From the human T2T-CHM13v2.0 reference genome, Homo sapiens: 64,000 bases of DNA. The first letter of the stretch is position 1. Every line of letters starts with the position of its first letter. Positions 32,106 through 46,793 of this stretch are shown here, in pieces. The DNA lies in NCBI RefSeq assembly GCF_009914755.1, contig NC_060936.1; one strand, given 5' to 3'. Below the pieces are notes generated by a model. The model was not told the DNA's origin. It worked only from the letters and a program-made list of their open reading frames with translations, and searched no databases. The position numbers and the translations under genes are program-made.

Positions 32106-32472
32106 TATTTTAGTCAGTCCAGGCTGCTATAACAAATATACCATAGAATGGGTGGCTTAAACAACAAACATTTATTTCTCATAGTTCTGGATGATGGGAA
32201 GTCCAAGATCAAGGTGCCAGCAGAACTGGTTCCTAGTGAGGACCCACTTTCTGGTTTGCAGATGACCATCTTCACCTTTTATCCTCACATGGCAGAGAGC
32301 AGACAGGGAGAGACAGGTCTCCTGTCTCTTCTTATAAGGGCACTAAAATCACATTCATGAGGGCTACACCCTCATGAACTAATTACCTCCTAAATGCTTT
32401 ACTCCAAATACCATCACATTGAAGGTTAGGATTTCAACATATGAATTTTGGGAAAATATTCAATCCTTAACA
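32106..32472 (-). mobile_element. MLT1A-like MaLR solo LTR
   Basis: ggctgctataacaaatataccataga...ggaagtccaagatcaaggtgccagca...tcaacatatgaattttggg. Confidence 0.8.
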
Positions 32473-33439
32473 GAAAGCAATTGTGAAGGATGTAAAGTAC
32501 TTCAATCATTAACAGATTCACCCTTCTCAGCACACCTTTCCATTCCTGTCCCAAACAGACTCTTCCTTATCCTTGCTCTCTGAGACTGCTTTCTATTTGT
32601 GACTGATTAAATTTGCCTTTATTTGACAATCCTAGAGGGCAGAAAATTAGACCACCCATGTATCTCATTTATTTATATATCCTTATCAACTGGATATGAA
32701 TACTTAGGCTGTATATCCACAGATATACAGTTAAGTTTGTTAATTTACTCTGTTCATTGTATTATTATTTTGACTTATTTACAGCAGAAAGGATTGGTTT
32801 CTAGCAACAATGAATAAGACTACCTACTCATCTGAAACATGTTTTCATGCTTCTCTTTTTTTCTTTTCTTTGCTTTCTTCCTTTGTTATTTTTCTTTCAG
32901 CTACTGTTATTTTTGCTCACAGCTGCATGAAGGTTTTTTTGTAATGAGAGCTACCATTTATAAAAGACATTACAAGGAAAGGTTAAAGATTGGTGTTAAA
33001 AGAACAAAATTACATTTAAATCTCATGGTCCTGAAATAATTTGCATTATTTTCAGTATTTTCTTCATGTGAGAACTGAGGCACTGAGATACAAAGGACTT
33101 GCTTAACTCATTTATCTAGTGAGCGACCAGAATTAAGATTCAAAGGTTTCAACTTGACATTACAAAAAATCTATATTACCACTCTTTCTAGAAAAGTAAA
33201 TGCCAGCTTTATTTATGGTCTAAAAACTCACAAACTCTTTTGTGATTAAAAATGATAACATTATATATATGCATTCATAAATAAAATTTACAGAAATAAA
33301 CTATTGAGGGGTTATACAAATTGTCTCTCTTCAGTCAAAATTTAGTTGAGTTTTATGCACCAGAATTATTTTTTTCTCATAGCCACTGTAAATTATGTCA
33401 TATCCTCAAATTGTTCCCATTTACTTAACTAAGTTTTAT

Positions 33440-34220
33440 CAAATGCCTAAAATGAGAGTCTATTCCATTCCCCAGTTGCATAATAACAAAGCAGCAGTTT
33501 CTGCTTTCATGGAGGTTACATTCTGTTGGGAAAGTATGTTTTAAAAATAAGTAAATACAGGATATCCTGATAGGTAGTAAGAAGCACTGTAAAAAAAAGA
33601 CATACATTAGAATAAGAAGATGGAGAGATGGGAGTTGTTTTTTTTTGTTTTTTTTTTTAAATGGATAGTCATAGAAGGTCTCTATTAAAACCTCTAAACG
33701 GAGAACTAAAGTATGGACGCCAGCTGTGTAATCACCGAAGAGAAGAGCTGCCCGGGCAGAGAAAATAGCAGGGCCGTGAGGCATGGATGAACTTGCCAGG
33801 TTTGAGGGGATGTTTGGAAAGGGCAAAATGGGGCCTTTGCAAGGGTCATGTGTGTGGCTTACACAGAAGAAGAGAGGGAAGATCACTGAATGGTGAGATT
33901 AGAGTGGCATCCAGGTGCTACATGATGGAGAAAGTGTAAACTGTTATAAGGATGTGGGGTTTCATGCAAGTATGATGAGAAACCACTGGCAGGTTGAGGG
34001 TAGTGATGCAGTCTGACTGCCATGTTTAAAGGTTCACTTTACTTACTGGGTGGAAAGCAGATACTAGCTAGATAAGATTGGAAACAAGTTGCGCATAAAG
34101 GGAGCATTGTAACAATCTAGGCAAGAAATCATGGTTACTTAGCATTGGAAGTGGTAGCGAAGGAGGTAAGGTACGGTTAGATTAGGCAGGATTTGCTGGG
34201 AGATTGTTGTATAGGATTAG
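33440..34220. mobile_element. L2 LINE remnant
   Basis: L2-like motifs (ctgctttcatggaggttacattct, tttaaaggttcacttt, caatctaggcaagaaatcatgg); approximate. Confidence 0.5.
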
Positions 34221-34432
34221 TAGTTTGTAGATAGTCATCTGCTCTTTAGATAATGAAATGTTGTATCTATATAGATTTTGCTTTGCTCAATATACTGTAA
34301 TACAAAAAAATAAAAGAATATTTCCTCATTGTTTACATAATGCATGGCTACGGTAAACATTTTTAAAATAACTGTCTTTAACTTTATTTAAATGTTACTG
34401 AAATAATTGGACTTTTCCCTATTGTGTTACAG

Positions 34433-34617
34433 ATATTTTACAACTGCACTTGTGTGGGAATTGCAGCTTCTAAATCCGGAAATTCCTCAGGCATAGTGGG
34501 AAGATGTCAGAAAGACAATGGATGTCCCCAAATGTTTCTGTATTTCCTTGTAATTTCAGTCATCACATCCTATACTTTATCCCTAGGTGGCATACCTGGA
34601 TACATATTACTTCTGAG
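34433..34617 (+). CDS. SLCO1C1: SLCO1C1 coding exon (185 nt; [14 protein letters not shown]...GYILLLR)
   Basis: Acceptor gttacag|ATA, donor AG|gtgagt. Confidence 0.95.
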
Positions 34618-35027
34618 GTGAGTACTGATTCTCCCTATTCTAATTTTAACACAAGACACAATCATCTCCAGCAATGATTTAAATTTTTTTCTGTGGAGTC
34701 TATGATTCCTCTTAGTTTTTTCAAGAAACTTGTCCCACATCCTTGTTTCACTTTTATATATATCGCACTTTGGGTATTTATACAAAAATGTGGCTGAATA
34801 GAAGTTTTCTTAGTTAAAAATGTTTGCAAACTATTGGTCTAGGAAGCAATGTTAGTTTCTACATCACTAGAGTTGCTTAATAAATATAGTATCCTACTTC
34901 TAACGCTGGTGATAATAATAATTAGCATAGGTAACATGCATTTTAGATTAAATATAGTTTCACCAAGTCATGGGAAATAGAATTTATAAAATATTTAAGG
35001 CTCATCTAATACAACAATGTTAGAATT

Positions 35028-35030
<3 letters not shown>

Positions 35031-35084
<54 letters not shown>
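35031..35084. repeat. (TA)~27 microsatellite
   Basis: Seen directly. Confidence 0.95.
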
Positions 35085-35085
<1 letters not shown>

Positions 35086-35179
35086 CTTTATCTGTATATT
35101 TTTGCCATGACTGGAATTGTCTGTGGAGGATTTCATGGCTTTGGGTAAATTGAGGCTCCTAATCTATGATGTTAATGAC

Positions 35180-35548
35180 TGTATTATTCCATTTTCACAC
35201 TGATATAAAGAAATACCCGAGATGGGGTAATTTATAAAGGAAAGAGGTTTAATTGACTCACAGTTCCGCATGGCTGGAGAGGCTTCAGGAAACTTAAAAT
35301 AGTGGGGGAAGAGGAAACAAACAAGTCCTTCCTCACAAGGCACAGGAGAGAGAAGTACAGAGGGAAGAGGGAAGAGCCTCTTCTAAAACCATCAGATCTT
35401 GTGAGAACACACTATCACAACAACAGCATGGGGGAGCCACACCCATGAGCCAATCACCTCCCAAGAGGTCCCTCTCCCAACATGTGGGGATTACAATTTG
35501 GATTACAATTCAAGATGAGATTTGGGAACAGAGAGCCAGACCATATCA
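35180..35548 (-). mobile_element. THE1/MST-family MaLR solo LTR
   Basis: tgtattattccattttcacactg...aattgactcacagttccgcatggctgg...gagatttggg...ccatatca; 5-bp TSD atgac/aggac. Confidence 0.85.
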
Positions 35549-36792
35549 AGGACTTCAACCATTTTTGCTTATAAAACCCTAAACAAATTTGTAAAAGTAT
35601 GTAGCTTCTTGCATATTTATAAATTGACACATAAAAATTTTTTATCATAAGTTTAAATAGTAACTAAATATTGATTTCTGGTATATTATAAATATTTTTA
35701 TTTTAAAAATAACAGTTTTAAATGTAAGTCACTTTCTAATGTAATTAATGGGACCTAAAAAATACTGATTTGATAACCAACATCACCTGGGTCAGAATTG
35801 TATAACAACTACTTTAACAGTGACAAGCATTACATATTTCCTTCTTCCTGTATTTATATCATCATTCAACTTCCCTACAGGTTTTTCTCCTATTAAAACA
35901 CAATTTGTGCTCAAATTTTTTTTACTGATTTTCCTATCATACATCTGTAACAATTACATGAATCCAAATTGTAAAATAGTTTTGAAAATAGAAGTCTCAG
36001 TTATATTTTCATTCTAATTGAGTTAGCTTTAGCTTTGCAAATATTTCTATTGTACAACTGATAAAAATCACTTAAAATAATAAAAATTTTGATAAAATTA
36101 TTAAACATGAAAAGTCAACATTTACTAGAAATCAGTATTTATGAGATGGACTGGGTGATTTTCAAATTAATTCTTATATTCAAGGATAAATACTAATTTT
36201 TTTCTAAAGTAAGACTAACCAAAGTATTGTACACATTTTTAATTTCCCACAATTTTTATCATAGAAATTGTTTAGGAATGACAAACAGAAAACAGAACTT
36301 ATTATCCACAAACCTGCTATTCTCAAAACAGCTTTCACCAAATATGGGAAATACAACATGGAGAATATGAGACAGTTACATTTACAAATGGCAGCCTGAG
36401 TTTGACAAAATGGCAAAACATTGACCTAGACTTTCCAGAACACTGTGGCTACTTCTTCAATATCTTATATTGTGCCAAGTGTAGAATCAGGTTGCTTACC
36501 ACAGAAAGCATCTTTCTAACCACTAGCCCTTCATATTAACTATTGTGAATTTTGATGTCAGAAGGACTCCCTTGGGTTGAAGAAGAAAAGCCATGTTTTT
36601 TTTTTTTTTGCCTCTTTTAAAGCAGAGACTAAATGATATAATATGTAAGAAGTACTTAGTAGTGTGGTTAACACTCAGTAGTTATATATATCATTATGAT
36701 TACTATTAAATTTCATAGGCCAATCAGTTTAAGCTTTACAGTCATATTAATGACACTCTTATTATTTAGGTGTTTTTGCACTTTTCTGATTT

Positions 36793-37094
36793 ATTTATTT
36801 ATTTATTTACTTTTTAGATGGAGTCTCGCTCTGTCACCCAGGCTGGAGGGGCAGTGGCGCAATCTCGGCCCCCTGCAAGCTCCGCCTCTCGGGTTCACGC
36901 CATTCCCCTGCCTCAGCCTCCTGAGTAGCTGGGACTACAGGCACCCGCCACCATGCCCAGCTAATTTTTTTTTTTATTTTTAGTAGAGACGGGGTTTCAC
37001 CGTGTTAGCCAGGATGGTCTTGATCTCCTGACCTCGTGATTGCCTCGGCCTCCCAAGGTGCTGGGATTACAGGCGTGAGCCACCGCGCCTGGCC
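36793..37094 (-). mobile_element. AluY
   Basis: Reverse dimer with (TTTA)n tail; TSD tctgattt. Confidence 0.92.
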
Positions 37095-37564
37095 TCTGAT
37101 TTTTTTAAATTCCCTTAGCAACAACTTTTATCATGCCACAGTGATTATATCTACTCTGATCACTTTGGCCCTGTGCTTTTAGACAAAAAGCCATAAAAAT
37201 TTTTTGGCTATTAATTCTTTATTGTTGCTTAAAAATTCTAACAATTTCTTAGGAATTTGAGTTTTATTCTGAATCTTTGCTATTTTGGTAATTAAATTTG
37301 ACTTTACTAGCACCATTTGAATATGGCATGTATGGGTGATGTAGTTTCTAGAAATATTAATTATAAACTTCTTGTAGCATTGCATGAAATGGAATGTGGC
37401 TTTTACGTATTTTGCCCTCCCTATGTTAGCACACCAATGGGTTCAACATAAATGGCACTTGAATTCTAACATGATTTCATGTATGTTAGGCAGATTATCC
37501 TTCAAATTTCTATTTGCTTTAATGGATTATATATTTCTTGTAATGGTGCTTTTGTTGATTTTAG

Positions 37565-37629
37565 GTGCATTAAGCCACAGCTTAAGTCTTTTGCCTTGGG
37601 TATCTACACATTAGCAATAAGAGTTCTTG
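37565..37629 (+). CDS. SLCO1C1: SLCO1C1 coding exon (65 nt; CIKPQLKSFALGIYTLAIRVL)
   Basis: Acceptor gattttag|G, donor G|gtaagt. Confidence 0.94.
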
Positions 37630-39797
37630 GTAAGTTTAACCTATGCTTTAATTTATGGTAGACACCGTAAGTGTATTTTGAAGACTTTTCTAAATATTTT
37701 TACAGAATTGCCATGCATAAATATATGTTGTAGGTGGCAAAGTTCATAGTCTTTTTTATTCCTTTCTTCATTTCTTTGTTCCCTTCCTCCTTTTCTTGAC
37801 TCCTTTCTTCGTTACAGAAATATATTGCCTCTTTTGTGTTCCAGATACAACAGAGATTTTGTGAAATTAATCATAATTTTTGTTTAACAATCTTACCTTT
37901 TCTAGTACTTGTGTGTTCTTACAAAATCCATGGCTTTAACAAGAGAGCTCTCAGAAATTAATAAGTAAGAAAGGCTGAAGCCTAATTTTTTTCAGTTATT
38001 AAAATGGAAAGAATTCCTTTGAGTTACTCTCAATGCTTATCCCTTATGTTATTAGGTAGAAAAATAAGGTATTATTTAAACCAAGCAAATAAATTTGAGT
38101 AGGTCATACTTTAAATTGTAATTGAAATGTTTTTTTCTGACTACCAAATTTTTAAATATATATTGATTAAAACCTATAGAAAACAGTGAATGAGACAAAG
38201 TTTTTATCCTTAAAGAGTTTATATATTAAAAAATAAAATAATTTTGAATATTTCACTGCCATTTGTCAGAAAGGAACAACCCAGAAAGAAAAACAAACTC
38301 AAAGCTTAAAAAATTTGAAATTAAATTTGGTTTACATAGATCTTGATATAAAATGGTTGCATAGCAAGATAATAGAATCCTGATAACATTGAAAAAGAAA
38401 CAAAAATAGGGTTATATGGCATCATGACTGGCTCTAATTCTATAATGAAATATGTATTAGCTAGAAAAGTGTCATATATTGAGCCTGTAGTATATGCCTG
38501 GCAAGAATTGGCCCCCATATCTACCTGTGTTTGGGAATATAGATGGAGCCTACAGAGCAAAAATTGTTCCAACATAAACAAATGATTTACAAAATTGATT
38601 TGACAAAAATAATATTTGAAATTGGCAAAAGTATCATAAGCAAAGTCAAATGGCAAATGACTAACTTGCAATTTATGTAACAGACAATGGGCTAATATTC
38701 CTATTATAAAGAAAACTCCTAAGTTTTGAGAAGAAAAAAACAAGCAACAAAGTAGAAAAATGAGCAAAAGATGTGAATTTTTCATGGAAAAATAAATGTA
38801 ATTGCCTTTTAATATATAGAAAGATGGTCAAATTAGCTCATAAATAGAGCCAAGTTAGAACTACCTTTCTTATCAGGTTGACAAATTACCAAATTTTGTT
38901 TGCAATGTATGGAAAAATAGATTATGTTTATACATTGCTGTTGGGAAAATGATGTTCTTTATTGGGCAATAACTGGTAAAATTATATATAGATTTACCTT
39001 TTAACCTAATATCTTTACTTCTAAGAATTATACCAAAAATTTGCTAGCAAAAATTATAAAATTTAATCATTATGAATAGGTGCAATAATTGTGACTTTTT
39101 ATAATAGCAAAAAACTGGAAGTGATCTAAATGTCCATTGGTAGGAGACTGGTTGAATAAACTGTAGTACACACACGTAACAGAGCTGTAAGGATGAATGG
39201 GAAAAATCTATCTAATGTTACCGAGTGATCTCCAGTAAGTAAAAAGAAGGAAAATGGAGAACAATTTTTATTGTATGATGTTTTTGGTGTTACATGTGGA
39301 AAGGTGGAAATATTATATGCATGTGCTAAGGCATTTTGCTCTTTTTTAAAAAAGAAACAATGGAAGCATCAACTAAAAACTAATTTTAAAAAATGGTTAC
39401 CCGTAGAAGAAAGGGAAGAGGGATAAATTTCAGGATGGAAGTGAGACTTTGTAAATGTAGCTTTTTATATGTTTGTTTAATCAAAATTATATAAGGTTTG
39501 ATATAACTGAAAATAAAATTTAAAATAACCAAATCTTAAACTGAAACTGTTTAACATAAGCATACATTGGTTAAATAAGCATACATGAAAAACTTTAAAT
39601 GCCTTAAAAAATAAATTTTTTTGCCAAATCTTCATAGATTAACTGGATTTATAGTCATTATTAGTACTAATATCAATATTTTTATGTTGAAACTATTATA
39701 TATTTAAGATAAAGCAATTGAAATGTTAATATTACTTGGAATTAATATTTTTAGTAAAATAGAAAAGTGATACAAGTATAAAATAAAAAAATTCAAA

Positions 39798-40147
<350 letters not shown>

Positions 40148-41399
40148 TCACATATTTTAATTTTAAAATAATGTGTATTTTATAGTTCCATCTCCTGAAA
40201 ATTCTAGAAACTTTGAAACCCAGAAGAAATGAACACCACGACACTTAATCTGTGATATCTAAATAAAATCTCGCAGTAAAAGCATATGGCACCTTGGAGA
40301 AATGACTGATTCAAGGCCTAGGGTAGAAAATGCATGAGATGATTATGGGACTTTTTTTATACTAGAAAATGAATAAGCTATCAAAGCCTAAGAAGGCTAT
40401 ATCACAAGGGAACAGAACCAATTTGAGGAGACTGGCCTCAAGGTGAGATAAATTGAAACTCAAAATAGTAGCAGCAGTAGTAACAATAATGGCTGCAGTT
40501 TATTGAAATACATAGAATATATTAAAACACATGAGTTTATAATGATACTTTAAAAATTTGGAGAATATCAGGACATCAAGTCATTATTCTGAAAATTGAG
40601 AAATAAAGGAGAAAAAAAATCATTTATCCTGCCTTTCTTCTGTTAACTGTATGTCAAAGTAACCAAATTAGTCAATTAAGGAAAATTCCTTCTTCGAGAA
40701 AAACCCAAATACTTTCTATAAGAAGCATAGATTAAAAAAAAAAAATCCTGCCTTGTAACCTTAAAAATAGCTAAAAGCTTTAGATGAAAGTTGGTGAGCA
40801 ACTTCATAATGGAGGGATCAGACTGACATAGCCTGAACTTCACACGCATCTTAGCATTACTAAGAGTGGCAACTAGGTAGCATGTGCCTTCTAACTGGGA
40901 CAGAATAAAAAAATACACAGTACATTTGCCTGAAGTAAACTGAACCTGAATCTAACAAGATCTAACTACCAGATTCTAGGAAAAATGGATGATAGGGGAA
41001 TCAATTAAATAATGTTGTAAAGAAGAATTAAATCCAGACTGTGGCATATCCTATGGGACTTGGTATTGTCTTTTTTTTTTTTCCAAAAACCATTAGTAAG
41101 AAAAAAAGTGAAGATTGGATATTGCTCTGAAGAGTCATCAACTAAATACAATGTGTTTATTTGGTTTGGATCCTTATAAAAACAAACGAACTAAAAAAAT
41201 CCTTGGAGACAATCCAAAAACTTGAATATGTACTACATTTTAGATAAAATTAAGAAATTATTATAAAATGTGTTAGTAAGAATGACATAGCGGTCATGTT
41301 TTTAAAAAATGTCATCAGGTAGAGATGCATGCTGAAATATACATAATTGAAATGACATGATGTTTGAGATTGCCTTTAAAATATTAAAGTAAGAGTTCA

Positions 41400-41695
41400 G
41401 GCTGGGCACATTTGCTCATGCCTATAATCCCAGCACTTTGGGAGGCTGAGGCGGGTGGATCTCTTGAGGCCAGGAGTTCGAGACCAGCCTGGCTACAACA
41501 TAGCTAAACCCCAATCTCTACTAAAAATACAAAAATTAGCCTGGCATGGTGGTGCACGCTTGTGGTCCCAGATACTCGGGGAGTCTGAGTCACAAGAATT
41601 GCTTGAACCCAGGAGGCAGAGGTTGCAGTGAGCCAAGATTGTGCCACTGCACTCCAGCTTGGGTGACAGAGGGAGACTCTGTCTCAAAAAACAAA
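41400..41695 (+). mobile_element. AluS/J
   Basis: Full dimer; TSD agagttca. Confidence 0.9.
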
Positions 41696-44600
41696 TAGAG
41701 TTCAGAGTGGGGAGAGAGATGAAACAGCAATGGCAAAACATTAATAATTGTCAAAGCTATGATGGTACATGAGGGTTAATTATATCATTCTCTCTGCTTT
41801 TGTGAATTTTTGAAAATGTTCTATTATAATAATCTTAAACCACGTACAGAAAATTGCAAACATTTGAATTTTTTGGCTTGTCTTCACATCATTAAAGGTA
41901 ATGTAAAATTGGTTATCACCTGGATTTTTGAAGTGGTAAATCATATATTTGTTTGGTTTTTGAGGCACCAAATAATCCAAATTTAATTCAAAATTTTCTG
42001 CTTTTCTTGTTCTTGGGGTTTCATGCAAAATAGAGGGGATCATTTGTTATTTAAAAATGTAAACATATACAAAGATAGCAAGAACTGTCTTTGTATACAG
42101 CAAAGATAGCAATGAACTCCCATTTATCAATTACCCAATTTCAACAATTATCAATACACAGCTCATCTTAGGACATCTGTGTCCCTAACTACTTACCCAA
42201 CTAGCTTATTTTGAAGTAAGTCTCAGACTACTGTATTTCTTCTATAACATGTTTGGTGTGCTCTTCTAATCAAAACCATAATGACTTGTTTTAATCTGGT
42301 GATTCTTGCATCTTAAAAAATAACTTCTTAATATTAGCAAATACCCAATTACTGCTTAAATTCTTTAAATTATCTGATGTTTCCTTACACATGTAGGTTT
42401 GAATTAAGAACCAAACAAGGTCCACAATTGCATTAGGTGATATATCTCTAAAATCTTTTTTAATCCGTAGGTTTTACTTCCCTCTTTCTCTCCCATTTGT
42501 TGCGAAAATTTCAAATCTACCAAAAAATTTAAATTACAATGAATAACTGTATAACTTTTACTGGGATTTATCAACTGTGTCCAAAAACCAGAAATCTCTC
42601 TCCTCTGTTTCTCTGAGCATACAAATATTTTGCTGAATCATTTGAAAATAAGTAGTGAACATGCTGACACCTCACTCCCAAAGCCCTCAACTTGTGTTCT
42701 TCTACTAGAGCAAATCTATATATAGACTTGTCCTATATAACCACAATACCATTCTCACACTTCAGAAATTCAACATTGATATGCTACTCTATCTAATATA
42801 ATCCCTCATTCAAATTTCTTTCATTATAACAATAGTGTCTTCTATAGTGTTTTATTTTTTCTTTTGATCCAAGGTCAAAGACCACATATTGCATTTAGTT
42901 ACCTTTCTTTATCTCCAAAAATTCCTCATTCTTATTTTTTTGTTCTTTTGTGACATTTATATTTTTTTCAAGAGGGAAAGCCAGTTGTTTTGTAAAATAT
43001 CCCAACTATTGGATGTGTTTGTTTGCTTGTGAGTATGTCCAGGTAAAATATTGTTGGTGGCAATACTACACACGTGATTTGCATGATGCTTAGTAAATCA
43101 TATCAGGAAGCACATCATTTCAGTTTATACCTCATTGGAATTTTAATTTTGGTCCCTTGGTGAAAGTGGTGTCTACCAGTTTTCTCCATTGAAAAATCCT
43201 TCTGCAGTTAATAAGTCACCTATAATTTGACACTTCGAGATTATGTCACCATTCTGTTTCCCAAAAATCTTTCACCCAAAATTTTAGCAGCCATCGATGA
43301 GTCTGGATTGAATCAATTATTTACATGAGTATTTGCAAAGTTTAGGTAAACCTTTACATAGAAAATATTTTCAAATATTTTCATTTGTTTTCAAAGAACA
43401 AATGGATAATCTCTGAAATTTAGAAGTGTCATAAATATTCTTAGATGACTTTAAAAATTTAGTGAGATTATTTTGTTCAATATAAGCATACAAAGCAATT
43501 TTATAACAGAAGAAAACATATACAAAAAAGGTTAAAACTCAAATGCCGGAAACAACCAGACAGTTGATGGAAACGAGTGATGTAGGCAGAGAGAAAGCTG
43601 TATGGACTTGCGGTGGACTCCAAGTGTAGGCAGCGGCTGGGGGAGTGAGGCAGCTGCTGCTTAACTCCAGCCAACTATGACCATGGACTGCCAGACAACA
43701 TGGTTCTTAAGAGAACTCAGAAGTGTGCAAGTTTATATGAAATCTCCTAGCTTTCAGCTATTGGCTACTAACTAAAAAACAAAATCCCAAAGTCTACACA
43801 GACTAAATAACCAATGTTAATGAACCACCAATTTAGAGCATATAAAATATACACTGAGCTATGAACAACTGCTTAAGATACTTTCGTTAATATTTGCACA
43901 TGAGAGACACCTTTTCTCCCTAAGGAGGGATTAAATTCCTAACATTTTCTGAGAACCTACTAGGGTTTCTAGCATGAATAAGGAGGACATGTTTCCTACC
44001 GTGGTGAGCTTACAGTCTAGCAGAGAAGGCAATTCAACAAGCTATTACAGGAGTATTTAAAGTTTTATGAGATGTAAAACAATGAGAATTAATGCAGTTT
44101 AGTTTATCAAAATGAACTGAAGGAAAACGTTCAAACTTGGATTTTAAAAGTGAGTGTGTATTAAGAATGTGAATAAGAGAAAATCATTGCTTGGGATAAA
44201 GGAAACTACACAAGGCATTCAGACAAGAGGAGAGAACATTTTAGTCACTGAAAGAAATCCAAGAAAATTTGAGTCTGAAGTGTGAGACAACAATCTTGCC
44301 CAAAGTGAGGCCACAAAAGTAGAAAGACCCAATGTTCAGTTAACTACTCTTCTTTTGGAACAGATGTCTTGGGAAGTCACCTACTTAATTCAGTGATGCA
44401 ACCTCTGTATGATGTATAGATTTGAGAAGGTTAATGAATGAAGCCAAGGAATCATGAATTGGCTGTTGCTTTAAGTTAGGGTAGAAGGAGTGGCAGTGGG
44501 AATGGAAAGAAGAGAAAGTGTTTAAGATATACCTAATAGATAGACTCAGTATGATTCAGGGACAGATTAAATATAGTGATAGCCAGAGAGAGGAGAAAGA

Positions 44601-44931
44601 AGGATCAATGATAACTCACAAGTCTGCTTTAATGACTGGGCTTCCACTGATAAAGGGACAGGTCTATAGGGGAAGAAGTTGAGCTCATGTTGAGTTTGAA
44701 GTGCCTGAGTGACATGCTTCTGGAGATAAATAAATGGCAGTTACTGCATGATTCTGGAGCTTATGAGAAAAGACTGGATTAGAGAGATAGGTGTGGGAGA
44801 TTTCAGCATGTAATTGATGGCCTTTCATCTCCAAAACAGTAACTAGATTAAAGTAAGTGGTTTCAGATAATCGTTCATAGACAAAAAGATGTGCATATGT
44901 TTTTAACAGCAATTATTTGTTTTTCTCACAG

Positions 44932-45049
44932 CAGGAATCCCAGCTCCAGTGTATTTTGGAGTTTTGATTGATACTTCATGCCTCAAATGGGGATTTAAAA
45001 GATGTGGAAGTAGAGGATCATGCAGATTATATGATTCAAATGTCTTCAG
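44932..45049 (+). CDS. SLCO1C1: SLCO1C1 penultimate coding exon (118 nt; [40 protein letters not shown])
   Basis: Acceptor tctcacag|CA (tandem CAGCAG), weak donor AG|gtacca. Confidence 0.94.
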
Positions 45050-45152
45050 GTACCAAATCAAAAGCATTCCCGCATCTCACTGCTACAGCATCCCAGATTT
45101 ACACAATGCCACTGACACTAACAAGTTTTCATGTCATTTCACTGCTTGTAAG
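45050..45152 (+). CDS. SLCO1C1: Alternative 103-nt 3' extension of the penultimate exon ([34 protein letters not shown]) ending at a second donor
   Basis: The frame stays open past the weak donor (ORF 44949..45188) to a consensus-like donor AAG|gtaaag at 45152/45153. The predicted product is 730 aa, matching my recollection of an annotated isoform length. Confidence 0.7.
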
Positions 45153-46570
45153 GTAAAGAATAGTCTAATCAAAAAGTGTGATCTGTAATCATAGAATAAT
45201 TATATTATTATTTGATTAGATCTTTGATTTTGTCCCTATTCATTACCTTGACCCCCATTTTAAATGAGTAATCATTTTTAAAATATGACAAAAGTGTCCA
45301 GAATACAGTAGAATTTTGAAAGTTTATGCACACAAATGGGCAAGTATTTCCCTGAAATTCAGAGGCATTTAAATTTAGGTCACATTTTGGGTTTGATTTT
45401 TATTCTTTTTCAAACTGAGCCAAACTGTACCACTTACGTCAGATATAATACCCCTGGGCAAGAGTTGGATTTGGCTCTAAATCTGTCCGGCTTTTATTGC
45501 CAAACTAATGTTCAATTATTCTCGTACTTGAAATGCATGAAAGTAAAAGGTTTTCTCTGTGTGGGTGAGTGTATATGGGGGTTGGGTGGCATGGCTTTTT
45601 CACTATGGTATCATTCAGTTCAGCTCATTAAACATTTAGTCCCTTATTGCTTAAAAAAATGCAAAAAGCATTGAAGCAATGCTTCAATGGCTTAAAAGCA
45701 AGAAAGATTGTTTAAAAGACTTACAAACTGAGCATTTTCTGGAGAAATAAACTTGGTACTGAACCATCTAAGTTGGATGTGAATTGGGCACACCATTTCG
45801 AATAAATTTGTTTGAGTTAATAGGTTTTGATGCTATGGGTGAAATTTATTTTGGTCTTTGAAAGGGACCCAATCTGTGAGTATAATTTAGTATTTCCTCA
45901 CATTTTTGCTAAGGCTGTATTAACTGTAATGTAGAGACAATGCAACTCAATCAGAGATTGAGAGTATGTTTTCAAGGTAACCAGAATGAGACATTCAACC
46001 TGTTCTTCCATACCTTAGCATCTTCTGACAAAGCATAGAACTATAGGTTTCTCATGAAATAAACTGATTTAAATCTCTGGTTTATTCTGAAATCATTCTG
46101 CTTTACTCAGAGCTCCAATTCCCATTAGCATTTCTTTATGCAAGTTTTCCAAAGAAATGAAGTTGGGAAAGGTCTGAGGATAGGGTAGCCACATAATTTA
46201 TCATTCAAAACTGGGTACTTTTGAGTGTGAAAAGAAGCACTATTAAAATTATACTGGGCCAACACTAGCATAAACTGGGGCTGTTCTAGGCAAACAGGGA
46301 TATGGTTACCTGGTCTAAGGAAATAATTTACAGAGAAGATGAAACTGATTATGTAATTAGTAGTAACTAAAAATGATGGTGCTACTAAGACATTGCTTTA
46401 TTTTATAAACTGCCTTCAACAGTCTGTCAGTATTTCATAAAACAGTCTTTTATATAAGCCACCAAATCTACATTCTTAAAGAAAACCATCAGTATGATAT
46501 TATTACCTTTTAAATTTTCTTTCAAGTTGGTTGTTGCATTAATTATAACAGAGATTCTCTCTTCTTCTAG

Positions 46571-46793
46571 ACATATATATTTGGGACTAACTGTGATACT
46601 GGGCACAGTGTCAATTCTCCTAAGCATTGCAGTACTTTTCATTTTAAAGAAAAATTATGTTTCAAAACACAGAAGTTTTATAACCAAGAGAGAAAGAACA
46701 ATGGTGTCTACAAGATTCCAAAAGGAAAATTACACTACAAGTGATCATCTGCTACAACCCAACTACTGGCCAGGCAAGGAAACTCAACTTTAG
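46571..46793 (+). CDS. SLCO1C1: SLCO1C1 terminal coding exon ([27 protein letters not shown]...WPGKETQL*): TM12 and a class I PDZ-binding C-terminus
   Basis: Acceptor cttcttctag|A; stop TAG at 46791-46793; hydrophobic helix; ETQL fits X-S/T-X-L. Confidence 0.96.
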
